Shown: positions 1 through 10,761 of the stretch, one piece after another | Layout: every line of letters begins with the position of its first letter | Position numbering within the stretch: position 1 is the stretch's first letter | NCBI GenBank assembly: GCA_001657315.1 | Contig: LYSV01000022.1 | Coordinates: forward strand, 1,309 to 65,308 | Direction: 5' to 3' | From: Flammeovirgaceae bacterium BBD 1991-12 | GTDB lineage: Bacteria > Bacteroidota > Bacteroidia > Cytophagales > Cyclobacteriaceae | Length of the DNA: 64,000 bases | Notes under the pieces: model-generated | Told to the model about the DNA's origin: nothing | Seen by the model: only the letters and a program-made list of their open reading frames with translations | Databases searched by the model: none | Made by a program: the position numbers and the translations under genes

Positions 1-119
1 TATTTTGCTTATCTACAGATATCCGGAGGGGGTGGCTGATCTCAACAGAACGTAGAAGTTCATACTGCTGGCCAAAAGCATTCTGTCCCAAAAAAAGGAT
101 CAGAAGAATTATCCAGCTA

Positions 120-890
120 CTACTTCTCAAAGGTGAGTAGCTCAAGCTCTTTACCATTGTATCGTGCATAGGTAGAGTAATTCACCCACTCGCCAAGGTT
201 AATATACCGGCTGTTTTCAGTGATCTCAATATCCAGCGGAAGGTGCCGGTGGCCAAAAATGTAATAATCATGATGCTGCCGGCGTTCCTGCTCCCTGCAG
301 TATTGCAGCAGATACTCATCATCACCTTTGAAGTCATCCTTACCGTTTTTGACGCTGCTGATCCTGCTGTGTTTACTCCAGTAATTGGCAATGCCTATGC
401 CCAGGTTAGGGTGCAGCCGGGCGAAAAGCCACTGACAAAGTGGATTCCTGAATATCCTTTTCAGCACCTTGTACATACGGTCGCCCGGGCCCAGCCCGTC
501 ACCATGCCCCACCATTAACCTTTGATCCCCTACCATCAGGAGTTGCTCACTACGGTAAATGGGTATATCCAGCTCTTTGGTGAAGTAGTCAAACATCCAC
601 ATGTCGTGGTTTCCAGTGAAAAAGACAACGGGAATACCGGCATCCGTCAATTCGGCAAGCTTACCCTGCAGGCGGATGAAGCCTCTGGGAATGGCCCTTT
701 TGTATTCAAACCAAAAGTCGAATATATCACCTACCAGGTAGATGGAATGAGCATCCTGCTTTACGGTATCCAGCCAGCGAACGATCTTTTTCTCCCGCTC
801 CAGGCTTGCCTCTCTACTGGGTACACCCAAATGAAAATCTGATGCGAAATAAATGCATTGATTATTCAGAGATTCGATCTTTGGAAGCAT
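120..890 (-). CDS. lpxH: UDP-2,3-diacylglucosamine diphosphatase (LpxH-like metallophosphoesterase)
   Basis: 256-aa ORF with calcineurin-like phosphoesterase motifs (SDFHLG, GDIFDFW, GNHDMW, GHGD) in the LpxH arrangement. Confidence 0.8.
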   Translation of the reverse strand: MLPKIESLNNQCIYFASDFHLGVPSREASLEREKKIVRWLDTVKQDAHSIYLVGDIFDFWFEYKRAIPRGFIRLQGKLAELTDAGIPVVFFTGNHDMWMFDYFTKELDIPIYRSEQLLMVGDQRLMVGHGDGLGPGDRMYKVLKRIFRNPLCQWLFARLHPNLGIGIANYWSKHSRISSVKNGKDDFKGDDEYLLQYCREQERRQHHDYYIFGHRHLPLDIEITENSRYINLGEWVNYSTYARYNGKELELLTFEK

Positions 891-953
891 ACAGCAAAAG
901 GCATAAAAAAATCAGGCACATGAATGTACCTGATTTAATGTATAGTTTAAATC

Positions 954-3029
954 TTAATTCTCTTTATCTATATCGGCAGTTTCCTGTTCAGGAGCTTCAT
1001 TTCCTTCATTGGGATTGGAAGAAGCCTTGGGTTTTGGGGCTGCCTTTTCTTTTTCAGGGGCTTCCTTAGGAGCCTCCTTTTCTTTAGTCTGTCCATTGGT
1101 AAATGCCTCATATGAGGTTTGGTGCGTGAAAGGCCGCTTGCCGATCAGTCTTTCAAGGTCTGTCTGGAATATGATCTCTTTCTCAAGCAGCTCCTTCGCT
1201 ACCACTTCAAGCTCCTCTCCGTGTTTGCTCAACAGAGTCTTCGTTCTGTCATAGGCATTGTCTATCAGTTTCCTCACCTCTGCATCGATGGTTTCTGCTG
1301 TAGCCTCGGAATAAGGCTTGGTGAAACTATAGTCTGACTGTTTTGAATCATAGTAAGACAGATTTCCGATCTTTTCATTCATACCATACACCGTGACGAT
1401 GCTGTACGCCATTTTGGTCACTCGCTCCAGGTCACTCAGGGCACCGGTAGATATCTTTCCGAAGGTCAGCTCTTCTGCAGCACGGCCACCCAGCGCCATG
1501 CACATCTCGTCAACCAGTTGCTCTGTTTGATACAGGAACTGCTCCTTGGGCAAATATTGAGCGTAACCCAGGGCTGCGACACCTCTGGGCACAATACTTA
1601 CCTTCACCAGGGGATCAGCATGTTCCAGGAACCACCCGGCTACGGCATGACCTGCTTCATGATAGGCAACGATCCTTTTTTCTTCCGGGGAAATGATCTT
1701 GTTTTTCTTTTCCAAACCACCGATCACGCGGTCAATGGCATCCTGGAAGTCCTGCATGTCTACTGCAGTTTTATCCCTTCGGGCTGCGATAAGGGCAGCC
1801 TCGTTACACACGTTGGCAATCTCCGCTCCTGCAAAGCCTGGAGTTTGTGCGGCCAGCTTCTTCGGGTCAACATCCTTCGCCATTTTTAATGGTTTCAGAT
1901 GTACCTTGAAAATGGCCTCACGGCCCACAATATCCGGTTTGTCAATGCTGATCTGCCTGTCAAAACGTCCGGGGCGCATCAGGGCTGAATCCAGCACGTC
2001 CGGTCGGTTGGTAGCAGCGAGAATGATCACACCGGAGTCGGTAGAGAAACCGTCCATCTCTACCAGCAGTGAGTTCAGTGTGTTCTCACGCTCATCGTTT
2101 GAGCCAGGCATCTGTCCTCTCCCTCTGGACCGGCCGATCGCGTCAATTTCGTCGATAAATACAATACAAGGCGCCTTTTCCTTGGCCTGTTTGAACAGGT
2201 CCCTCACCCGGGCGGCACCCACGCCTACAAACATTTCCACAAAGTCAGAACCGGAAAGGGTGAAGAAAGGTACTGCTGCCTCACCGGCAACAGCCTTTGC
2301 CAGCAACGTCTTGCCGGTACCCGGAGGGCCTACCAGCAGCGCTCCTTTAGGTATTTTACCCCCGAGCTTGGTAAATTTGCCCGGGTTCTTCAGGAAGTCA
2401 ACGATCTCCTTTACCTCTTCCTTGGCTTCATCCAGGCCGGCTACATTTCCGAAGGTGATCTTTACCTTGTTCTCTGCATCGAACAGAGCTGCCCTTGACT
2501 TTCCAATGTTGAATATTTGTCCTCCAGGGCCTGCTCCCCCCGTCATTCGACGCATCAGGAACCAGAACCCGAACAGAATAAGGGCTAAAATCACCCATTG
2601 CCAGACTATGCTCAGATAGTCCGCTCTTTCCTCAAATTTTATCTCTATTCGCTGGTCTTTTGGCAGGTTTTCGTTCCATTCGTCAAAGTCGTTTTCGAAC
2701 TTCGCCAACTCTCCGAACTTGCAAATAAAATGTGGTCCTGAACCCACTCCGAAAACATTGTTGGACTCCAGTTCTGACCTGTATTTTGCGTTGTCAAGGG
2801 CTTCCTGCTTTAGCGTTATCTCCGCATAGCTCTGATTTCTTATAACGACTATTCTTTGTACGTCATTGCTCAGGATCATACTCTCCAATCTGTTGCTGGA
2901 CACAACAGGAAGGGAATTTGCTCCATTGAAGTATGTTACACCGAATATCAGCGCGATCAGAATGGCAATGATCCATATCTGATAGTTCGGCTTCGGTGAC
3001 TTCGGTATTATTTTTTTCTTATCTGGCAT
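954..3029 (-). CDS. ftsH: ATP-dependent zinc metalloprotease FtsH
   Basis: 691 aa with two N-terminal TM segments, AAA+ Walker A (GPPGTGKT), Walker B (IVFIDEIDA) and the zinc motif HEAGHA. The C-terminal tail is K/E/P-rich. Confidence 0.97.
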   Translation of the reverse strand: MPDKKKIIPKSPKPNYQIWIIAILIALIFGVTYFNGANSLPVVSSNRLESMILSNDVQRIVVIRNQSYAEITLKQEALDNAKYRSELESNNVFGVGSGPHFICKFGELAKFENDFDEWNENLPKDQRIEIKFEERADYLSIVWQWVILALILFGFWFLMRRMTGGAGPGGQIFNIGKSRAALFDAENKVKITFGNVAGLDEAKEEVKEIVDFLKNPGKFTKLGGKIPKGALLVGPPGTGKTLLAKAVAGEAAVPFFTLSGSDFVEMFVGVGAARVRDLFKQAKEKAPCIVFIDEIDAIGRSRGRGQMPGSNDERENTLNSLLVEMDGFSTDSGVIILAATNRPDVLDSALMRPGRFDRQISIDKPDIVGREAIFKVHLKPLKMAKDVDPKKLAAQTPGFAGAEIANVCNEAALIAARRDKTAVDMQDFQDAIDRVIGGLEKKNKIISPEEKRIVAYHEAGHAVAGWFLEHADPLVKVSIVPRGVAALGYAQYLPKEQFLYQTEQLVDEMCMALGGRAAEELTFGKISTGALSDLERVTKMAYSIVTVYGMNEKIGNLSYYDSKQSDYSFTKPYSEATAETIDAEVRKLIDNAYDRTKTLLSKHGEELEVVAKELLEKEIIFQTDLERLIGKRPFTHQTSYEAFTNGQTKEKEAPKEAPEKEKAAPKPKASSNPNEGNEAPEQETADIDKEN

Positions 3030-3084
3030 CTTCCTCTCTGATTAATCTCTTAATTAACGGCTCTCAATATTTAATGTTCCTCCA

Positions 3085-3462
3085 TCAAGGAGTTTCTTCG
3101 TAGGAATAGATTAGCGCATCACCCCAAAGGGTTTCCAATGCATAAAACTCTCTTTTTTCTTGTCTGAAGATATGCGCTACAACATTTACATAATCTATTA
3201 GCATCCACTCCTTGTTATCCTTACCCTCCTGATGCCATGGGTTTTCATTTAATTCTTTAATTACCTGTTCATCTACTGATTCTGCGATGGCATCTATCTG
3301 TGTGTCAGAATTACCGGTGCATAGAACAAAAAAATCCGCAACTGCATTTTTGACATTTCTCAAGTCCATTAAAACTATTTCGGAAGCTTTTTTCTCCTGC
3401 ATACCCCTCACAACTGCCTGACTTAACTTTTCGGAAGGTGTCAAAGTGCTATTTACATCCAT
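3085..3462 (-). CDS. rsfS: ribosome silencing factor RsfS (iojap family)
   Basis: 125 aa. Size and motifs (DYFVLCTG-like FFVLCTGNS, VVAHIF) are typical of RsfS. It is adjacent to ftsH, as is common in Bacteroidota. Confidence 0.85.
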   Translation of the reverse strand: MDVNSTLTPSEKLSQAVVRGMQEKKASEIVLMDLRNVKNAVADFFVLCTGNSDTQIDAIAESVDEQVIKELNENPWHQEGKDNKEWMLIDYVNVVAHIFRQEKREFYALETLWGDALIYSYEETP

Positions 3463-3503
3463 TCAGTATATTTGGTTGTATCAATCAAAACTACAAAAAA
3501 TAG

Positions 3504-4259
3504 TTGTATAAAATTCTTGCCAAAACTTTAATTCTGGGAAAAAAGGTCGTTTTCCTGCCAACTTGTCATTCTACCAACACTGCCACCTCCGAACTTCTGA
3601 AAACCTCATCATTGATAGAGGGCACGTTGGTGATCACCAATGATCAGACGGCCGGACAGGGGCAGAGGGGGAACCAATGGGAATCTCAGTCCGGTAAAAA
3701 TCTGACCTTTTCCATTGTGCTGAGGCCCGGCTTTGTTTCAGTAGAGAAGCAGTTCAGTCTTACGATGTGCGTGGCACTGGGTATAACGGATTACCTCAAT
3801 CAGATAACACGGGGATTCCTTGTAAAATGGCCGAACGATATTTACTATAAAAACAGGAAAGTGTGTGGGATATTGATCCAGAACAGCCTGAAAGGGAATA
3901 TGATAGCCAATGCTGTAGTGGGCATTGGCCTTAATGTTAACCAGGTCTCTTTTGGCTATCCCCGGGCAGTTTCACTGAAAAATATTATAGAAAAGGAACT
4001 GGACCTCACAGAAACTCTGGAAGGAATATGTGAGCATATTGAAAAACGATACCTGCAGCTTAAGCTTGGGGAAGGACAGAACCTCAAACGACAGTACCTT
4101 AACAATCTGCTGGGTTTCGGTGAACACCGTGTTTACTCCGATGGTACTGATTTTTCGGGATATATAACGGATGTCCATGAAAATGGCAAACTGGAGATAG
4201 AACGGCACGACGGTGCCAGGTTGTATGGCTTTAAGGAAGTGGAGTTTGTTTTTGACTAG
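3504..4259 (+). CDS. birA: biotin--[acetyl-CoA-carboxylase] ligase (group I, no HTH domain)
   Basis: 251 aa with a TTG start in the track. It has the BPL_LplA_LipB catalytic core (GQGQRGNQW, KWPNDIY, GIGLNVN). Confidence 0.8.
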   Translation: MYKILAKTLILGKKVVFLPTCHSTNTATSELLKTSSLIEGTLVITNDQTAGQGQRGNQWESQSGKNLTFSIVLRPGFVSVEKQFSLTMCVALGITDYLNQITRGFLVKWPNDIYYKNRKVCGILIQNSLKGNMIANAVVGIGLNVNQVSFGYPRAVSLKNIIEKELDLTETLEGICEHIEKRYLQLKLGEGQNLKRQYLNNLLGFGEHRVYSDGTDFSGYITDVHENGKLEIERHDGARLYGFKEVEFVFD

Positions 4260-4574
4260 CAACTGGTTACTGGATGCTGGTCTCTTGTCTCTGGCAGGTA
4301 AATCCTTTTTTTCAAAAAGCAAGCGGTATCGATGAGATATGCAATGCCGGTAGTGCCGATATAGATTGTATAACAACTCTGAACATTGGTCATAACTGCA
4401 TTTGTATTCTCAACACTACCTTGATCCAACCACCAGTAACCAGCTACCAGCAGCCAGTACCAAGACACAAACCAGCAATAAGCCATTCATGGAAGGAATT
4501 ACTACCTTACTCATTCATCTTTTGGAATAGCGCGTCACTTGGTCCAATTTCGTTAACCTTAACAACCAGGCTTT

Positions 4575-7500
4575 ATGATACGATCGATACAGAAGGGAAT
4601 ACTTTTTTCCCTGCTCATTGCTTCCTTTCCACTTTTCAGTCAAACCATCGATATGGAAATGCTCAAGGGTATGAAACCCAGAAGCATTGGCCCTGCCGGG
4701 ATGAGCGGTAGGGTGACGGCCATAGATGTGGTGCATGACAACCCTGATATAATGTATGTAGGTACTGCTTCGGGTGGTCTGTGGAAATCGGAAAGTGGCG
4801 GTGTGGCGTGGGAACCTGTTTTTGACAAGGTGAAAGTGATGTCCATAGGTGCGGTGGCTATTCAGCAAAGTAATCCGGATGTGGTATGGGCCGGGACCGG
4901 AGAGGGCAACCCACGGAACAGCCTGAACGGAGGCTACGGCATATACAGAAGCCTGGATGGTGGTAAAACATGGGACCTGATGGGACTTGAAAAGACCCGC
5001 AATATTCACCGTATTGTGATCCATAAAGATAACCCCGATATTGTATACGTTGGAGCGATAGGCTCACCATGGGGTGAGCACCCTGAACGAGGGGTTTTCA
5101 GAACGATTGACGGTGGTAAGACCTGGGAAAAAGTACTGTATGTAAATGAAAAAACTGGTGCGGCAGATCTTGTAATTGACCCTGCCAATCCGAATAAGCT
5201 GTTCGCAGCCATGTGGGAGCACCGCAGAAAACCGTGGACATTCCATTCCGGTGGGCCGGGCTCAGGGCTGTATATCACCGTAGACGGTGGGGAAAACTGG
5301 AAGAAGATAACCGATGAGGATGGCTTGCCAAAAGGAGATCTGGGTAGAATGGGCATTGCGGTAGCCAGAAGCAATCCAAAACGAGTGTATGCTCTGGTGG
5401 AGTCCAAAAAAAATGCACTGTATCGATCGGATGATGGTGGCTACAAATGGAAGAAGGTGAGCGACAAGGCGAATGAGATCGGTAACCGTCCGTTCTACTA
5501 TTCTGAGATCTATGTAGATCCGAAAAATGAGAACAGGATCTATTCGTTGTTTACCTATGTCAATGTAAGCGAGGACGCAGGCAAGTCCTTTACACAGCTT
5601 ATGGATGCCTATGGCACCAGCCATGGGGTCCATCCGGATCATCATGCGTGGTGGATCCATCCTGAAGACCCTGGATTTATGATTGAAGGTAACGATGGCG
5701 GTCTTAATATCACACATGACAGAGGCAAGACATGGCGGTTTGTGGAAAATCTGCCACTCGCCCAGTTTTATCATATTAATGTGGATATGGAATATCCCTA
5801 CAACGTTTATGGGGGTATGCAGGACAATGGCTCATGGGCCGGGCCCGCGTATATATGGAAGTCGCAGGGCATCCGGAATTCCTACTGGCAGGAGATTTCC
5901 TTTGGCGACGGATTTGATGTAATACCCGATCCGGATAATTCCAGGTATGGATACTCCATGTCTCAGCAGGGATTTGTGGTACGGTATGACCGTGTGACAG
6001 GCCACACGAGGATCGTGCGCCCTACCCATCCTGATGCTGATATGCGGCTGAGATTTAACTGGAATGCGGCTATTGCACAGGATCCGTTTGATAACTCAAC
6101 GGTCTATTTCGGCAGCCAGTTTGTCCACAAAAGTACGGATAAGGGTGCTACATGGACCGTCATATCGCCGGATCTTACCACTAACGATCCTGAAAAGCAA
6201 AAACAGCATGAGAGCGGAGGCCTGACCATGGATGCAACGGGGGCGGAAAACAATACCACTATTCTGGCGATTACTCCAAGCCCTGTAGAGAAAGGACTAC
6301 TATGGGCAGGTACGGATGACGGATACATTCAGATCACAAGGGATGGAGGCGATAGCTGGACCAATGTAACGTCAAATATTCCCGGTATGCCTGAGGCCGG
6401 GTGGGTGGCCCAGATCAAAGCTTCCACCTACAACGCCGGCGAGGCCTTTGCCGTGGTCAATAACTACAGGAATTTTGACTTTAAACCCTATCTGTTCCAT
6501 ACACGGGATTATGGAAAAACATGGAACAGCCTGGTCAGGGAAGATCAGGTATGGACCTACACCCTTGCTTTTGTACAGGACCCTGTTGAGCCCAACCTCA
6601 TGTTTCTGGGGTCAGAAGGAGGGCTGTACGTGAGCATAGATGCCGGACGCAACTGGACACAGTGGACCAATGAATATCCCATGGTTTCTACTATGGATCT
6701 GATAATTCATCCGAGGGAGCATGATCTGGTGATCGGTACTTTTGGCCGGGCTGCCTATGTAATGGATGACATCCGGCCTCTGAGGGCTATGGCCAAAGAG
6801 GGCTCTGCTGTTCTCAGCCAGCGTGTAAAAATATTTGAACCGGCTGATGCTTACATCACTCTGAATCAGGAGGCAGCGGGTACACGGTTTGCAGGTAATG
6901 CCATCTACAGTGGACAGAACAAACGCCGGGGTGCCATGATCTCATACGTTGTGAACAAACCGGAGGAAAAAGAGAAGGTGGAAGATACTCCCAAAGAAGA
7001 ACCGAAAAAGGGCAGGAAAAGGAGTAGGAGCAAGGAACCGGAAAAGAAGCCGGAACCAGAGCAGCAGCAAACTGAAGATACAGTCAAGGTCAGCTATGAC
7101 TCACTTACCCTGGAGGTTTTCAACGGTAATGGAGAGCTTATCCGCACGTTGAAAAGAAAAGCCCCTAAAGAAAAAGGCCTGCAGAGGATGTACTGGAGCC
7201 TTAACGAGAAGGGAGTAAGAGGAGCCAGCCGGAGAAAACCCCGAAAAAATGCATCCGAACCAGGAGGTGTGACGGTCCTTCCCGGAAAATATGGACTAAG
7301 ACTTAAATTTGGTGATCAGACTGACTCCACGACGATCAGCGTTCGATACGATCCCCGGGTAGATATGCAGGGTTCTGTATTAACGGCAAAACGGACCATG
7401 CTCAAAAGGATCGAAAAAAGCCGGGGAGTAACAGCAGAAGCGATGCTCAGATTGGTTGAATCCAAAGAGCTTGTAGAGGATTACACCAAAAAGATGAAAG

Positions 7501-7859
7501 AGAAAGACAAGGATGGCTTCAAGGACCTTATTGACAGGAGCAAAGTGGTGAAGGATTCCATTGAGTCACTGATGATCCCTTTTGTTGGTGAAGATAACAG
7601 CAAAAAACAGGGAATTGTCCGGTCTCCGGTTCCCTCGGTCTCCAGCCGGTTTGGCACCGCCAGTTATTATGTAGGGTCTGCCCTGGACCGACCTGGCACC
7701 ACGGAGGAAAGGCTGGTTCAGCAAGCCGAGGAAAAGCTGGCTGAGGCCATAGATAAGGTGAACCGGTTCTATGCCGAAGACTGGCCCGCGTACCGGCAGG
7801 AAATAGAAAAGGCGGATCTTTCTCCGTTCAAGAATTATGAACCTTTACAAAACAAGTAA
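4575..7859 (+). CDS. secreted sortilin/VPS10-like BNR (Asp-box) repeat protein
   Basis: 1094 aa with a signal peptide and many S-x-D-x-G-x-T-W Asp-box repeats (SLDGGKTW, TIDGGKTW, TVDGGENW, STDKGATW, TRDGGDSW). It contains an internal K/E/P-rich linker. It is a paralog of 43083-46232. Confidence 0.8.
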   Translation: MIRSIQKGILFSLLIASFPLFSQTIDMEMLKGMKPRSIGPAGMSGRVTAIDVVHDNPDIMYVGTASGGLWKSESGGVAWEPVFDKVKVMSIGAVAIQQSNPDVVWAGTGEGNPRNSLNGGYGIYRSLDGGKTWDLMGLEKTRNIHRIVIHKDNPDIVYVGAIGSPWGEHPERGVFRTIDGGKTWEKVLYVNEKTGAADLVIDPANPNKLFAAMWEHRRKPWTFHSGGPGSGLYITVDGGENWKKITDEDGLPKGDLGRMGIAVARSNPKRVYALVESKKNALYRSDDGGYKWKKVSDKANEIGNRPFYYSEIYVDPKNENRIYSLFTYVNVSEDAGKSFTQLMDAYGTSHGVHPDHHAWWIHPEDPGFMIEGNDGGLNITHDRGKTWRFVENLPLAQFYHINVDMEYPYNVYGGMQDNGSWAGPAYIWKSQGIRNSYWQEISFGDGFDVIPDPDNSRYGYSMSQQGFVVRYDRVTGHTRIVRPTHPDADMRLRFNWNAAIAQDPFDNSTVYFGSQFVHKSTDKGATWTVISPDLTTNDPEKQKQHESGGLTMDATGAENNTTILAITPSPVEKGLLWAGTDDGYIQITRDGGDSWTNVTSNIPGMPEAGWVAQIKASTYNAGEAFAVVNNYRNFDFKPYLFHTRDYGKTWNSLVREDQVWTYTLAFVQDPVEPNLMFLGSEGGLYVSIDAGRNWTQWTNEYPMVSTMDLIIHPREHDLVIGTFGRAAYVMDDIRPLRAMAKEGSAVLSQRVKIFEPADAYITLNQEAAGTRFAGNAIYSGQNKRRGAMISYVVNKPEEKEKVEDTPKEEPKKGRKRSRSKEPEKKPEPEQQQTEDTVKVSYDSLTLEVFNGNGELIRTLKRKAPKEKGLQRMYWSLNEKGVRGASRRKPRKNASEPGGVTVLPGKYGLRLKFGDQTDSTTISVRYDPRVDMQGSVLTAKRTMLKRIEKSRGVTAEAMLRLVESKELVEDYTKKMKEKDKDGFKDLIDRSKVVKDSIESLMIPFVGEDNSKKQGIVRSPVPSVSSRFGTASYYVGSALDRPGTTEERLVQQAEEKLAEAIDKVNRFYAEDWPAYRQEIEKADLSPFKNYEPLQNK

Positions 7860-7863
7860 TATC

Positions 7864-9861
7864 ATGGGAGCAAATTATATATCCACCCTTATCCATGGTC
7901 TGTGCCAACACCGACCATCCGGAAAACGAGGTTATGACCGTATCTGTTTTCGAACGCTGCTGCTTGGAGCAATATTCCTGGCCTTGACCAATGCAGCAGA
8001 CGCTCAGGATCAGGATTCCATCTTTATAAGGCAACACTATGAAAAAATGGAATACAAGATCCCCATGAGGGATGGTATTCACCTGCATACCACAGTGTAT
8101 TCGCCCAAAGACAAGAGTAAAAAATATCCGATCCTCATGCAGCGAACTCCCTACAGTTCCAGACCTTACGGAGAGGGGCAGATGCGCAATCGCATAGGAC
8201 CGTCGCCTTATCTTATGCGTGATATGTATATTGTTGTTTATCAGGACGTTCGGGGCAGATGGATGTCGGAAGGTGATTATGACAATATGAGGCCGCATGT
8301 TCCGGGTAACAAGCCCAAAAACAAAAAAGACATCGATGAGAGCTCAGACACTTTCGATACCATTGAATGGCTCCTGAAAAACATTGATAATCACAACGGC
8401 AAGGTAGGACAATGGGGCATATCCTATCCCGGGTTTTACACGGCTGCGGCTCTGCCTGAAGCACATCCTGCACTCACAGCCTCTTCACCACAGGCACCCA
8501 TTGCTGATTTCTTTTTTGATGATTTCCACCACATGGGTGCCTTTTTGCAAAGCTACCTGGCAGCTTACCCTGTTTTCGGCCATCAGTCAGAGCCTACGGC
8601 TGAGAGCTGGTACAATGATAAGTGGGATGCACTGAGGAAATATGCCAACACCAGGGATGGATATACATACGGGCTGGAGCTGGGGCCCCTGAAAAATGTG
8701 ACGGAGAAGATCTTTCCGGATAATTTCTTCTGGCAGCAGACTGTCGAACATCCCAATTACGATGAATTCTGGCAAAAAAGAAGCATTCTGCCTCACTTGT
8801 CCGGAATTGACCATGCCGTAATGACAGTAGGCGGTTGGTTTGATGCGGAAGACCTGTACGGGCCTCTGAATATTTACAAAACCGTGGAAAAGAATAATCC
8901 CAAGGCCCGTAATACGATCGTCATGGGCCCATGGAGTCATGGTGACTGGGCTGGTGAAAGAGGGTACCAGGCCGTCAATCATATCTATTTTGGGGACAGT
9001 ATATCCACCTTTTATCAGCGGAACATTGAAAGACCTTTTTTCAATTATCACCTGAAAGGTGAAGGTAGCCTGGACCTGCCGGAGGCCTGGATGTTTGATA
9101 CAGGCATTAATGAATGGAAGAAATTTGATGTCTGGCCGCCTCAGAACATTGACCCGGTAAAGCTTCGCTTTGCTGAAGGAGGCAGACTGCTGATCAATGA
9201 AGAGGCAGACACTGAAGTGGCCTTTTCCTATGTGAGTGATCCTGCAAAGCCGGTGCCTTATGTATCGGAGACCCAGGGGGTGACTTTTACTCCCAGGAGG
9301 TTTATGACCGATGATCAGCGCCATGCCAGTAAACGACCGGATGTACTGACCTTCCAGACCGGTCCGTTAAAGGAAGATATCACACTGGCCGGAGAGATCG
9401 TGGCCCGTTTGAAGGTGGCTCTTTCCAGCACAGATGCCGACTTTATCGTCAAGCTTATTGACGTAAACGGACCGGATGCCCAATCTACACGGGCGACTCC
9501 TGATCATGTACTGATGCCCGGGTATCAGCAACTTGTGCGCCATGAGGTGTTTCGCGGACGGTTCAGGAATAGCTTTGCAGAACCTGAGCCATTCAAACCG
9601 GGAGAGATCGAAGAGGTGAATTTTCCCTTGCAGGACATCCTGCACACCTTTAAGAAAGGGCACAGGATCATGATCCAGATCCACAGCACATGGTTCCCCT
9701 ATATCGACAGGAACCCTCAGAAATATGTGGACAATATCTATAAGGCAGAGGCTGAAGACTTTATTAAAGCAGAGATCAGGGTATACGGTAGCTCAGTGAT
9801 CGAGATCGGGGAGGATCAATCCATGAATATACCTATACCATTGGAGGTGTATGGGAAATAA
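7864..9861 (+). CDS. CocE/NonD family hydrolase (Xaa-Pro dipeptidyl-peptidase-like, peptidase S15)
   Basis: The track ORF starts at 7837, overlapping the upstream gene. The ATG at 7864 leaves a signal-peptide-like N-terminus. The sequence has the alpha/beta-hydrolase nucleophile elbow GISYPG and a C-terminal PepX_C-like region. Confidence 0.8.
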   Translation: MGANYISTLIHGLCQHRPSGKRGYDRICFRTLLLGAIFLALTNAADAQDQDSIFIRQHYEKMEYKIPMRDGIHLHTTVYSPKDKSKKYPILMQRTPYSSRPYGEGQMRNRIGPSPYLMRDMYIVVYQDVRGRWMSEGDYDNMRPHVPGNKPKNKKDIDESSDTFDTIEWLLKNIDNHNGKVGQWGISYPGFYTAAALPEAHPALTASSPQAPIADFFFDDFHHMGAFLQSYLAAYPVFGHQSEPTAESWYNDKWDALRKYANTRDGYTYGLELGPLKNVTEKIFPDNFFWQQTVEHPNYDEFWQKRSILPHLSGIDHAVMTVGGWFDAEDLYGPLNIYKTVEKNNPKARNTIVMGPWSHGDWAGERGYQAVNHIYFGDSISTFYQRNIERPFFNYHLKGEGSLDLPEAWMFDTGINEWKKFDVWPPQNIDPVKLRFAEGGRLLINEEADTEVAFSYVSDPAKPVPYVSETQGVTFTPRRFMTDDQRHASKRPDVLTFQTGPLKEDITLAGEIVARLKVALSSTDADFIVKLIDVNGPDAQSTRATPDHVLMPGYQQLVRHEVFRGRFRNSFAEPEPFKPGEIEEVNFPLQDILHTFKKGHRIMIQIHSTWFPYIDRNPQKYVDNIYKAEAEDFIKAEIRVYGSSVIEIGEDQSMNIPIPLEVYGK

Positions 9862-9928
9862 TTCAGGTGCTTTTGATGCTACTGTTGTTTTAAGATCTGG
9901 AGGTAGTGACGCTACCTGCATAGCTATC

Positions 9929-9943
9929 AGTGGTGCCACGACT
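9929..9943. repeat. solitary copy of the 15-bp terminal repeat AGTGGTGCCACGACT of the MITE-like family
   Basis: An exact 15-mer shared with the ends of the elements at 25294-25487 and 47110-47211. It is intergenic, and no partner end was seen nearby. Confidence 0.4.
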
Positions 9944-10003
9944 CTCAACGAGATTTATGTAAACGAAGTCATGAACGTAAAAAGAGTATAATTTTATCAG
10001 TCC

Positions 10004-10711
10004 ATGAGTTTTTTAAAAGCTGAATGGAGAAAGCTGGCAATAGCCAACTACGAAATACAACCCTCCCTGTTGAAAAAATATATTCCGCCGGGAACGGAGC
10101 ATGACCTTTGGAATGATACCTGCTATGTAAGCCTGGTCGGCTTCATGTTCCTGAATACAAGGCTGATGGGTGTGCCTGTACCCTTCCACAGAAACTTTGA
10201 AGAGGTAAATCTGAGATTCTATGTGCGTCACAGGCACGATGGTGAGTGGAAACGGGGAGTGGTATTCATCAGGGAGATCGTTCCGCGACCGGCACTGACC
10301 CTGGTGGCGAACACCATTTACCGTGAGCACTATCAAACGATGAAAATGTCCCATTCATGGCAGGAGCTGGAGGACCACAGAATTGTACAATACAACTGGG
10401 GACCGAAAGGGGATGATCATTCTTTCCTTGTCAAAGCAGCCCTTGAACCTGAAATGGTTAAAAAGGATTCAGAGGCTGAGTTCATAACAGAGCACTACTG
10501 GGGTTACACAAAGGCGGGGAACGGTTCAACCTTTGAGTATGAGGTGACACATCCCCGGTGGAGTGCCTATGAGGTGCTCGATTACCGGATCAATGTAGAT
10601 TTTGGTGCGCTCTATGGCGAAGAATTCGCGGAATTAACGGACCAGAAGCCAAAATCGGTGATGCTGGCCGAGGGGTCCGGAATAACGGTTGAAAACAAAA
10701 GGAGAGTTTAA
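10004..10711 (+). CDS. DUF2071 (YqjF-like) family protein
   Basis: 235 aa. The N-terminal pattern FLKAEWRKLAIANYEI...SLVGFMF...FEEVNLRFYVR is typical of DUF2071. Confidence 0.7.
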   Translation: MSFLKAEWRKLAIANYEIQPSLLKKYIPPGTEHDLWNDTCYVSLVGFMFLNTRLMGVPVPFHRNFEEVNLRFYVRHRHDGEWKRGVVFIREIVPRPALTLVANTIYREHYQTMKMSHSWQELEDHRIVQYNWGPKGDDHSFLVKAALEPEMVKKDSEAEFITEHYWGYTKAGNGSTFEYEVTHPRWSAYEVLDYRINVDFGALYGEEFAELTDQKPKSVMLAEGSGITVENKRRV

Positions 10712-10761
10712 TCCGGATGTGACACTAATCTGTGTTTTTGGTCATGAGCCTTCTTCATAGC

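Noticed and set aside
1693-2619. 308-aa + strand ORF (and other long antisense ORFs at 5262-5774, 8587-9324, 13942-14598, 53756-54271, 63416-63928)
   Set aside because: Each lies entirely antisense within a strongly supported gene (ftsH, the sortilin-like gene, the CocE/NonD gene, the receptor, the histidine kinase, the FtsX permease). Their composition is low-complexity, so they are treated as shadow ORFs.
4256-4486. 76-aa minus-strand ORF with a Trp-rich hydrophobic N-terminus in the birA/sortilin intergenic region
   Set aside because: No recognisable family was found. It overlaps a + strand ORF of similar quality and the 3' end of birA by 4 nt. Evidence is insufficient to call a gene.
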